Source: Psammoneis japonica
Taxonomy: Eukaryota
DNA: 64,000 nucleotides
Reading direction: 5' to 3'
Assembly (NCBI GenBank): GCA_008632985.1
Contig: QPGO01000073.1
Coordinates: 186,001 to 250,000, forward strand
In this document: positions 47,001 to 57,270 of the stretch, one piece after another
Layout of the letters: each line of letters opens with the position of its first letter
Numbering within the stretch: position 1 is the stretch's first letter
Notes under the pieces: generated by a model
The model's database searches: none
What the model was told of the DNA's origin: nothing
The model's input: the letters and a program-made list of their open reading frames with translations, nothing else
Translations under genes and position numbers: made by a program

Positions 47001-47783
47001 AATCCTTTTTCTTATCCGACATGGCCGGACCACGGACACTCTTGACCACATGATGGTTGCGGATATCCATGATGCGTAATGTCCCGTCCATGCAACCCAC
47101 CAACACCAAATACGGAGTCAACAGTAAGAGATTGGTAGTAGGAGGCGTTCCTTTGCCCAGAGTACTCTCACTAATAACGGCGAGAATCAAATCCGATTTG
47201 GAATTGTTATTGTTGTTGTTGTTTACTAATCCGGGCAAAGGTCGGTGTTGAATGGGACGAATATTGAGAATCAGAATCAATTGATGAAACTGAACCACCA
47301 AGGCTTGTAGACGATTTCCAAGAGACGGTTTGATTTGTAATTGTTGTTCTTGAGTACGAGCAAAGGTTGTCATGCCACTGTAAAAGAGTGTGGCTGCATC
47401 ACAAAAGTCGAGTTTCTGCACAGATCCCAAATTTGTTGTTGTTGTTTTTGTTTTATGGACAAGTGCTTGTTTGATTTCAGACAAGGAGATTGCAAACAAA
47501 GTACTACCACGTTGATAATCTTGAACGACAATGGTATCCTCGCCTAATGACGACGACGATGATAAACAATACGCAACTCGTGATTGGGACGGATGCACCG
47601 TCACGTGTTGCATACTGCTGCTGCGCAATGACAGAGAAGAAGAATCATTGTCTCGTTCAAAGGTTTTTTGATACAAATTTGTTTCGACAAAAGCCTTGGT
47701 ACGTTGTTCAGGTGTTCCATTGGATGGTATAGGAGGTGGAGCCAACGGAGGCGGTGTGACGAGGCGTTCAATCACGTCTTCAT
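44016..47783 (-). CDS. Large WD40/beta-propeller plus alpha-solenoid protein (coat-like; possibly TSET/TPLATE TTRAY-type), with apparent frameshifts
   Basis: Three overlapping minus-strand ORFs (45469-47775, 44906-46228, 44016-45320) read as one protein. WD-like segments (LVLVGCMDGTLRIMD; LVEWNEDGRLCAV) and a helical tail (HEALAAFLDRRGLPEMAM). Family assignment is tentative. Confidence 0.6.
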
Positions 47784-47976
47784 GGTGATTGATGATGCAA
47801 ATAATGATGGAGGTATTTTTTTCTTTTCTTCAGAGCGTTTTTGTGCGGTGTGCAACGACGGACAGACTTTTTTTTGAATATTCGAACGACCGTTATTTCG
47901 CAGAGTTTCGTCAGATTTTGCTTGTATGAATTGCCGATGTCCGTTGCTGTCATTCTGAGCGTATCAGAGATTTTGG

Positions 47977-48627
47977 ATGTATGCCGCAATCACAATGAAC
48001 AACAGATTTAGTGCGCCTCACAAAAACGATAAATCAATACCTCCCTCTAAAAAGATGAGCATGCGGGACCTGGTAAATGCAGTCGCGTGGAATGAAAGGC
48101 TCAGCGAGCTCATCATCTACAAACGAATTCACGGCCATTGCAACGTCCCTCAGAAATACAAAGAAAATCCCTCTCTTGGCTTTTGGGTCAACAAACAACG
48201 CGTAAGTTTTTTTCTATAATACTGTACAGTGCAATTGACAAATATGTGTCTCGAAATGCTGATATTATGCTCTCTCTGCTTTTTTTTTGTTTTGTTTCTG
48301 TAGATTGAGCACAAGCTTCGCGAAGATGGTAAAAAGTCTGCCATGACGGATGAAAAGGTGGAAGCCCTGGAGGAGATTGGATTCGTCTGGGCCAAGCGTA
48401 GAGGCGACAATTTGTGGATGACGAGATTTGAACAGCTCCGCGAATACTATTGCGAGCATGGCAATTGTTTGGTTCCCACCAAGTACACCAAGAATCCGCC
48501 CTTGGGTCGATGGGTCAGCACGCAGAGGTGGCAATACAAATTATTCCAGAAAGGAAAGACGTCATCCATGACGAAGGAGAGGATTGACAAATTGAACTCC
48601 ATCTGTTTCAAGTGGCGACTGATCTAG
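47977..48627 (+). CDS. Helicase-associated (HA) domain repeat protein; exons 47977-48201 and 48304-48627
   Basis: Two HA repeats W...L..Y...HG.C.VP.KY..NP.LG.WV..QR...MT.E....L..I.F.W. In-frame GT-AG intron at 48202-48303. Confidence 0.85.
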
Positions 48628-48654
48628 AGTAGGTAGTGCGAACCATTCCTTCGC

Positions 48655-48908
48655 AAACTGTATACATACAGTAGTGCCGTGTTATTGTGTCGTTGTCGAG
48701 TAAATTGTTCATACTCCTACTGTAGTATTTTTGTTGGGGCGGAACCCGCCAAGCATACAGTTGTACTAGACTCATGACCGTGTCAAACTGCATACATAGT
48801 GCCGTATTATTGTGTCGTTGTCGCGCACATTATTCATACTCCTACTTTAGTATTTTTGTTGGGGCGGAACCCGCCAAGCATAGTTGTACTAGACTCATGA
48901 CTGCGTCA
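48655..48908 (+). repeat. Tandem duplication of a ~125-bp unit
   Basis: Two copies of AGTGCCGT..TTATTGTGTCGTTGTCG...TTCATACTCCTACT.TAGTATTTTTGTTGGGGCGGAACCCGCCAAGCATA..GTTGTACTAGACTCATGAC. Confidence 0.85.
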
Positions 48909-49264
48909 TCTCTGCCAATGAGTGCCGTTTCCAAAACAAGGAGCTACAATGTGTTCTGTGGCAGCCCTGCCGACAAAATGAAGCAGAGCGAGGATATACG
49001 GTACATGTGCTGCTGCTATCGTCCCTCAAGAGATTTTTGCAATGTTACATCTGCAAAGAGACTCGGCTCACCATTGTCCTCTATCCAAGAATTCCGAAAA
49101 TGCAATTCTCACCAAGATGAGCAACACGCTCTTAAAGATGTATTGTAGAAACACTTTCGATTCCGACAGAGCACTAGATCTTTGAATGTTTGCTGGGGTC
49201 CAACAAGTCAATTTTGAACATTCGAAGTTGTCCGCACAAGCCACTGCAAGAGCTGCAATCATAC

Positions 49265-51280
49265 GAATTCGCATTCACCAAGATCAATCGCACCTGTGTT
49301 GGCAGGCTTGGATTCGAGCAAAAACTGGTTGAGCAGAGATGAAGCTTCATTGTCGATGGGAGCAACCACAATTGCTGCAGCAGAGCCACGTGCACCACAG
49401 ACAAAAGTCCACATCCAGTTTGGGAGGTGGATCATCATCAGCAAATGGGAGAGGTGTTGGAGACTGGCAACCAAAGCATCCACAGAAGGCCCTCAAAGAC
49501 AAGGCCACAGGGGGGATGTGAAGAGTTCTTTGGAGGCTGGAGTTGGGTCAATGTTGGTGACAAGAGAGGGTGCCAGCAGCAAATCCTGCAGGACGAGAGA
49601 GGAGCTGTGGGTCTCTGAGCTCCTCCTGCTCAAGATGCAAGATGTGGAGATCAGCCACAGAGTGCAAATCCCCAAGCAGGGCTTTGAGCATGTGGTGAGA
49701 GGGCATTGTTTGGGAGAAAAAGAGCTGGCATGCTGGCAGTGGCAATGGAGTCTCTGGCAGAAAAACACAACAACCTGTGTTCCAGAAACCTTGCCAAAGC
49801 AAAACAGCAGGCAAGAAGCTGGGTGAGAACAGTGCAGCTGCCAGATGTCCATTCCTCAGCCAACAAGGGGCAATCCAGAAGGACATCATCTTGAGAAACA
49901 TTGGAGCAGGTTTCCATCATGTGCTTGGAGCAATGCACAAGACTGGTCATTGTGGATTCTTGCATGTGTCAGCGCCATCAAACTTGAGAGCACCCAGGTT
50001 CCATGTCATGAAGTGTGGTGAGCTTGCTTGCTGTGTGGGCACACATGTGACACATTGTGGATTTCAAAAGTGTGCAAGCTGCAGTCAGCTCCAGAGACCA
50101 AAGAGATGCAAATCCACAGTCTCACAGAGGTTTTTGGTGTCACAGTGCTCCTGCTCCAATGACAAGCAGACAAAGCACAAGTGGTGTGCCCAGAACAGCA
50201 GAGTTGCATTTCGTTGGGGCCACTCAAATGCCACCAACACAAGATGTGAAAAGACAGCTGAGTCTGCACCAGATGAGTGGGGTGGGTTGGGGTGGCAGAA
50301 GAGTTGGGCTTGGCTTGAAGAGTCTTGCAAATTGCTGCCATTTTCCTCATCTCAATGAGCAACCTCACCATGACAATGGGCCAGGTCTCTTGTTTGCATT
50401 CAACCAAAAGACAATGGTGGCACACTTGACAGCCAGCTGTGCTGTGTGTTGGTTGGTTGCTGGAGCATGCTGGGAGGGAGCACACAGCTGCAGCGTGGTG
50501 TGCTGTGACAGCAGTGTGGAGCTGGGGGATCAGAAGAGCCTGGAGGAGTCAGAGCTGTGTCCCATGGATGAAAAGACCTGGGATCATTTGGGGATTCAAG
50601 TGAGCTTGTTGTGTTGGCACACAACACACCCCCATCCCCGTGTGCAGGTGTCACAGCCAATGTGGTCAAGACCAAAGATTGGTGTGTGCCATGGTGTGTC
50701 ATCATGACAAGTCTGGCACTTTCTCCCTTGAAAGAAGCAGCACACATGCACCAATCTCTTGTTTTTCCTGCACACTCTCTCTCTTTCTCTGCTGAAGTGC
50801 TGCATCAGCTTGTTCTTGCAAAGTGTGTGTTGGTGTGGGAGGAACTGCAGCAATGGCTTTCTGTGGCATGTTCTGTTTTCACATGCCATTGTTGCTGGTT
50901 TCTCCCCAATGTCAGCGGGTGACAAAAAAGACATTCCACTGCAAGCGAGCCAAACATTTTTGCACATCTTCCGCACCTGCTCTCAGCACGCCTCATTGTC
51001 GGGTGTGTGCGGCAGTTTTGAGAGCAGTGCCACAAAAGAAACAAGAGGAGGGACCCCATGTGTTCCTCACCTTAATGCAGCACTTTGCCATTGGCCAAAT
51101 GCACTGGCATCATGCGCCATGTTTTTCTCGTGCTGCTGTTGTCTTTTTTGCACAGCTGCAAATGATGATGAACAACACACACAGGGTGGAGGGGAGATGC
51201 CGATGCACATTTCGAATTCATCGTCGCGCGGTGCCGCGCCCGTTCACGCCACCATTTCCGGGTTTCGGGGACGGCGGACG
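49265..51280. repeat. TpA/CpG-depleted block F
   Basis: I found a single TA (CTTAAT, ~51073) in ~2 kb. Confidence 0.75.
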
Positions 51281-51351
51281 CCATGACCGAGAGAAAATAA
51301 TGAGAAAACAGCACCGCTATTATTTGTCACATATAATAACAACACGACGGC

Positions 51352-52651
51352 ATGGTTCAAATTGGAGGTAGACTAAAGAGAGAAAGACCTCTGAGTCTTT
51401 TGGGAGCCGTCAACAAGTTGACCTTATTGGGTTATCTTGTTGCGCGGCGGTGACGTTGTGGCGTGCTGTTATTTTTGTAGAGGAAACAAAGCAGAGTAGC
51501 AGTATTGAGCAGCCAGATTGGTGCCAGAACGTGGCGTTGGCAAGAGCACAACTCACCGACACAAAATTACATGTATCCTATCCGTGTGAGGGCAAACAAC
51601 ACGCCACCTCGGCGATTGTCACCATGATTACCGGTGGTGTCTCGGAAAAGGAAAAGCTGCGCAATTTGTTTAGTGTCGGTGATTACGTTCACGGAGCCAT
51701 GGCATTGGGTGCATCGATTCAGCAGCATGTAGACATGTCGGATACACATCAGCTTTTATTCATCAAGGAGGGGCTAGTGCTAACTCCCGAAGATAGGGCT
51801 CGACTGGAAGCGGTTGGATGGACTCTCGGTACGACGCCAACTTTGGAGATCTCGGCTGAAAATGTGCCAAACTTTCCGCGATGTGAGTGCCTGTACTGTA
51901 CTATAAACGCCTCGACTGTAGTTGTTTGAATATTTTGTGAATCGATATCAGCACTACTCACTCTCAATACAATCTCTCTCCTTGTGTTGTTGTTTCAGAT
52001 AAAACAACGTATACCAAACTGACGGCGCTTGGGCTTGCCGAGTACAAATGTGTCCTCTTTATGGATGCCGATACGCTCGTGGTGGGACCACTGGACGAAA
52101 TATTGGATTGCAAAATCTTTAATGACGATGAGCCTCAATACAAGCTCGCGGGTGTTTTAGACTATTATCACTATCAGTGGCAGCATTTTAATACGGGTTC
52201 CATGTTGTGGCGCACAAGTGCGGAGGAAATGATGCGAATCCAAAAACTGACGCGTGATGCTAGCTTCATGAAGAGATTTGAGAGTGATCAGATCTTTCTC
52301 AATAATGTGTATCCGGATCGAATGAACAAGCAAATAAACCAAGCCATTGTGAATGGGACGAGTCCAAAACAAGACTGGGGTTCTGTCTTTGCTCTACCGT
52401 GGGATTACAATGCACAAACACACGTCGAAGTGCAACTTGCGGATTATTGGATACAACACCGATCCACTGTGAAGATTATTCACTTTACCGAAAAGAAGGG
52501 TTGGCAATGTGAGGAACGACATGAACCGCCGCCGCCGTCTGGGAACGAAACCCAAAAACGATGTAATCGTAACGTCCCCATGTGCTTTTGCCGTGAAGCT
52601 CACTTGTGGTGGGATGCTTTGCGCAGAGCAGAGCAAATGAGTAAGACGTAG
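51352..52651 (+). CDS. GT8 (glycogenin-like) glycosyltransferase; intron 51883-51998; apparent 1-nt frameshift near 51445
   Basis: YVHGAMALGASI, R|YKTTYTKL, DxD motif FMDADTL, FNTGSML, SDQIFLN, LPWDYNAQ, KIIHFT. Confidence 0.85.
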
Positions 52652-53084
52652 TTTAGCATATATCACAGTACGGTATATTGTCATTGACGACTCGTGTCTA
52701 CATGTTATTGATAGCGTTGGTGTTTGAGTTTTTGACGCCAGACTTCTTGGAAAACTACGTTTGCCTGCCATACGGGTAGTTTGGCTAGCTCGAGAGAGGC
52801 ACATTCTACCATTTCTACACAGGCATGAACCTGTGATTTCTATGCCCGCCAGTTCCGTACAATAAAGTACAGCTCCAGAGCGGGTCTACAAGCGATGAAG
52901 AGCAAGCAAGTCTTGTCCGAGATGTCTACAACAGCAACAATGATGGACATGTACCGTTCGAAATAGCAAGTCATCGCTTGCGGGCTTTCGATTGAAACGT
53001 GTAGATTTCAGTACTCTTCTACGTGAAAGAGCTACTAAAAACAATAAATTCGAGCTCGTGGTTAATCGCATTTCGCATGTTTAA

Positions 53085-53584
53085 GGTGGTACGGGTACAA
53101 AAGTGGGCCAGATTCTACCGGTACGCACGTAGAGAATAGTATGTTTTCTACACAAATCGCCAAAGTCGGCTCGCCAACTTGAACCCTCTCCAGGACGATG
53201 GAAACTTGGACATTTCACATAACAAAGTGTTTGGACTACTTAATTACACTTCCCTCGACTTGTTTATGAAGAGAAGTTACAAGTTTCCATGGGTTTCTCG
53301 TTTTGTATTGCTCTTTAAAACTCGAACGTCGCGATTTCGGCACCTTTCTGATTAGATTCGTTATATATCCTCGGAAACCTATGAAAACTTACTTGTAACT
53401 TCTCTCCCTAAACAAGTCGAGGAGAGTGTAATTAAGTAGTCGAAACACTTTGTTATGTGAAATGTCCAAGTTTCCATCGTCCTGGAGAGGGTTCAAGTTG
53501 GCGAGCCGACTTTTGCGATTTGTGTAGAAAACATACTAAGCTCTACGTGCGTAGAATCTGGCCCACTTTTGTACCCGTACCACC
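53085..53584. mobile_element. Foldback MITE, 500 bp, ~210-bp TIRs, TTAA TSD (Kolobok-like termini GG...CC)
   Basis: TTAA|GGTGGTACGGGTACAAAAGTGGGCCAGATTCTAC ... GTAGAATCTGGCCCACTTTTGTACCCGTACCACC|TTAA. The inverted match extends to ~53297 and ~53374. Confidence 0.9.
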
Positions 53585-53615
53585 TTAATGTGCCTTTTTG
53601 CATTCGGCAAAGACA

Positions 53616-54027
53616 ATGGCGCCGCTGTGTGGAGGGCATTCGGAAGTAAAACCGGCTACGCTTGAAGTGCAGGTAAGACAATCTTGTACTCTAGGATCAT
53701 AATTTTCAAAGAGGCGGCGCTCATCCAAAAGTTCATTCTTCTCGCTTACGAGTGCAGGAACTGGTCAAAAGCGTGCAGCCTGCCACCGAAGGAAAGTTGG
53801 GAAAGAGCTTTCATGTCTTTCAGGCGACTCATTTCAAGTCACAGGTTGTTGCTGGAATGGTTTATCATGTACGAGTTGAGGCATCTAATGCAGCTGATGA
53901 GATTGTCCTAATCTTGCGAATATTTCAACCGCTGCCGCATACAAAGGAACCTGTCCAACTGGAAGCGTTCAAGCAAGTATCCGATCAATCCGATACGAGC
54001 ATACCGACGCTAGCGCCCACTCTATGA
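53616..54027 (+). CDS. Stefin-type cystatin (cysteine protease inhibitor); exons 53616-53672 and 53758-54027
   Basis: MAPLCGG N-terminal Gly motif, QVVAG reactive-site motif and RIFQPLPH. In-frame GT-AG intron at 53673-53757. Confidence 0.85.
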
Positions 54028-54254
54028 AACCCTTTCAACAGTAAATGCAGATCTAGTCGCGACGAGATAGTTTCTTTTCCTTTACAATACTAATAATTTT
54101 GCAGATGGCGGTGCACGCAGGAGCGATCGAGGCCCTTCGTTATAAAGGAATCCTGTAATCTCCAAAGCAAAGTTTCGTCGATCGTTATTCTTATACCAGC
54201 AACGGATAACTGCTGTTTCTTTTCCCTTACAATGTATGAACGAGTTGTGAATAT

Positions 54255-55670
54255 CTAATTCTTTGCAGAAGACGACTTGGCAGGACATCCATTCTTGGAT
54301 GGAATGCATTTCCGGCTGTGCTCTGTCGAGGCAAGGCTTACAATACCCGTGCCACCTGTCAAACGCATGAATGAATAGGAGGACAACCGTGAATGATTAC
54401 CCACGGAATCTCTGTTAAAGCCACAGAAATACCAGAAATTGCCGCAATCGCCAAAGTCTTTCATTCCGGGCTTTTCGTTGGTATCGCAGCAGCTATCCGT
54501 AGAACCCAGTTCGTGTACACGGTTAAAGTCCTTTGCTGGAAGCACCCTGGACGCGTCTTGTACAATGCCGTTCAAATCAAGTGGATGTGGTATCGGCTGA
54601 AGGCGATGTGGAACAAGGATCCCACCTTGATCCATTACGTCAAGCGATTGTTGCGAGAGACGGGCATGGATAATCTGATCCGCCTCGGTCAAAAGCACGT
54701 ACTTGAAGCGCTCTGGTGATGAACCCAACCACTCTTTTCGTGCAGGGCTTTTAGACATATCTCTGAAAGCATCACCCAGTCCTTGCAGGGCTCCTTTTGG
54801 CACGTTGACTTCGACGAATCTTGATTTGACATCCTTCGTCATGACATATCCCAATTCAGTGTCACCTACAGTAGCCGAGAACGAAGTGCCACCAAGAACG
54901 CTAATACTTGCATCTTTCTCCTGGAACCTCAATAAATTCTGAAAAGCTTTGAGTGTGAGCTGTGTGTCAGTGTCGTAGTAGCCAACCACAACGACTCGAG
55001 CAATTCCGTGCCGTACTAGCGCGGCAATGGTAGCTTCAAGAGCCGTACGCCAGATATTCTGGTCCAATTTATCCTCTGCCGTCACACCATATGGAATGAC
55101 TGCGATCGTGGAACTCATAAAATTCGAATCTGCTGGGCTCGACATGGCGCGCTGAACGTATGCTTGTAGCTTTCCAACAGCAAAGGAGCGACCGCTCCTG
55201 TCAATCTGCTTCCACCATTTGGACAAATGTTCTGTGCAAAAGTCAAGCCAGTCCACAGCCATTCGCGCATCATCGATACCTCCTGCAGTATGTAGAATTG
55301 GTACAAAGGCGTCGGCCTCCACACTATGGATCTGACTGGCGTTCATTTGAAGAAATCGGGGCAACGACTGCCACCACGATGCAGCAAAGATATCGAGATG
55401 TTCCAACTCTTGGGTCGGTACAAACGCCATGGTTCTGTTGGCATTCTTTTCTAGACTACCAAAGTCTTTAGATGATGGCCGGTTTCTTACGTGACGGACA
55501 TTACGGTCATCAAGTCGACCATTCGGCGTCAATGCATACTCTGGTCCATTCGCCCTTATCGCAGCAAACTGATGGTATGTCAAGCAATGATAAACGAAAA
55601 CCACACAAACGGTAACAAGCGTGAAGAAAATCGACCCCGTAGAAGGCAAGCAGTTGATAGGTTTCGCCAT
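54255..55670 (-). CDS. Type II membrane hypothetical protein, possibly glycosyltransferase-like
   Basis: Signal anchor (IFFTLVTVCVVFVY), KYVLLTEADQIIHAR, PHRLQPIPH and a Cys-rich C-terminus. Start Met is inferred. Confidence 0.6.
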   Translation of the reverse strand: MAKPINCLPSTGSIFFTLVTVCVVFVYHCLTYHQFAAIRANGPEYALTPNGRLDDRNVRHVRNRPSSKDFGSLEKNANRTMAFVPTQELEHLDIFAASWWQSLPRFLQMNASQIHSVEADAFVPILHTAGGIDDARMAVDWLDFCTEHLSKWWKQIDRSGRSFAVGKLQAYVQRAMSSPADSNFMSSTIAVIPYGVTAEDKLDQNIWRTALEATIAALVRHGIARVVVVGYYDTDTQLTLKAFQNLLRFQEKDASISVLGGTSFSATVGDTELGYVMTKDVKSRFVEVNVPKGALQGLGDAFRDMSKSPARKEWLGSSPERFKYVLLTEADQIIHARLSQQSLDVMDQGGILVPHRLQPIPHPLDLNGIVQDASRVLPAKDFNRVHELGSTDSCCDTNEKPGMKDFGDCGNFWYFCGFNRDSVGNHSRLSSYSFMRLTGGTGIVSLASTEHSRKCIPSKNGCPAKSSSAKN

Positions 55671-57270
55671 CCTTGCAGCGATGAAAGCTTGTACTTGTTT
55701 TCGTTTGTACACGGTGCGACAACGCCAAACTCGAAACGGGGGAAAAAGTGAGGGAAATCGCAAGCGCCACCAACTTACGTATCGCGTTTGGTATCTTTCC
55801 ACATAAATGACGTCACAAAAATCTAACGGGACTGAACAGCGGGATTGAACAGAATGGCGAAGCTGTTGTCGGACGCAAATCCAGTCACAAAGCTGTGGAA
55901 ATGCCGGTACTCGACGAAATGAGAGCTGTTTCATACCGTGCAGTATGGTTTGATGGCACATCTTTCATTCTTGAGTTGGCCGACACTATGATTTGTAAGA
56001 GTACAGGATCCTGCGATGTGTCACACATCTTGTACGATAAAACATAACATCGCCATGGTGATTCAGGCACTGACGACACTGCGTTTTAAAACGTTCCACT
56101 TCAAGATTGACCACGCCGCCAACACAATGGATCGCTGGCATGACCGCATGCATCACTGGTAGACACATTCCCGAACTATAGACGGAATGACGAGATACTG
56201 GGCATTGAAAATCGAATCATTTAACATGCAGATCCTGAACCACCGCCATTGGCGATAACGTCAATTCTTCGATCCAGCTATTACGTGTACGCCGTTTTCT
56301 CCATTGCCCACTCCGATGGGAGGGTGTTGTATCGAAAGATGACCCGCAGAATCCTCTCTGTCATTGACATTACAGTCAGGCCAACGCATTGCCGTTTCCA
56401 CGCAAGAACCATACCGCCAGCGAGATGTTGCGTCAAAAAACATCTTTCACTTCGTTGATCCCATGTTTTTTACTTGTGGCGCAGACGTAAACCAACACTC
56501 TCTCGTAGCGCCACGGAGCACTGATGACTTATATCGTGTGTTCTCGGACATTGATCCTTCCTGGTCCAGCATTGCTTTTTGCGCAAATCATTTATATTTG
56601 CTTCCAAAGGCCAGCAACAATAGATGCTGTGCGACCTGCAATTGACACAAGGATGCTGAAACAAACCATTTTTGCAGCATGAACAACCAGCGTCAAAAAA
56701 TTATGCCGTCAATCTCAAAGTGTTTACTTTCTCGAGAGCTCCATACGTAAGCAACAGCCTACTTCATATCATGGACCAGAACAGAAAACTGCTCTAGTGT
56801 GCAGCCACCGCTCGACTCGCCATATCACCTTTTGCAGACAAACAAAAGAAAAGGGAAGAAAGCAGGATACCTCTGCTACAAAAGAGATCTTTCTAGAGAC
56901 AGAGAGGCAGAGTTTGGATGATGATGGATTCGAATGGTAGATTCGGCCTTCTTGGCGCTTGTCGATCAATCGATGGCACATTATAGTGCACTCCAGAGGC
57001 TAAAAACGTTTTGACGGCAACGGGACTAGCTTTCAGTTGATTGAATAAAGATCCTACTAGAGAGAAGTTACAGTGCACGGACCAGAAGAGGCCAGACGGA
57101 GATGCCTCTTGGAGGACCAAGTTATGGAATGCAACACAACAGACTTCTAGCCAATGCGGTTCGTGTACAAGACGTCGACCGTCTGGCATGTGGAAACATA
57201 GATTCTCTACGCCATCCATCGTTGAGAGCAAAAGGTGAGCTCATCTACCCAACAGTCCTTTTTTTTTGCG

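Noticed and set aside
48655..48908. CRISPR-like array
   Set aside because: Only two long units without unique spacers, in a eukaryotic context with no cas genes.
55960..57260. Possible gene between the two minus-strand CDSs
   Set aside because: Only short ORFs with no recognisable motif or convincing splice structure.
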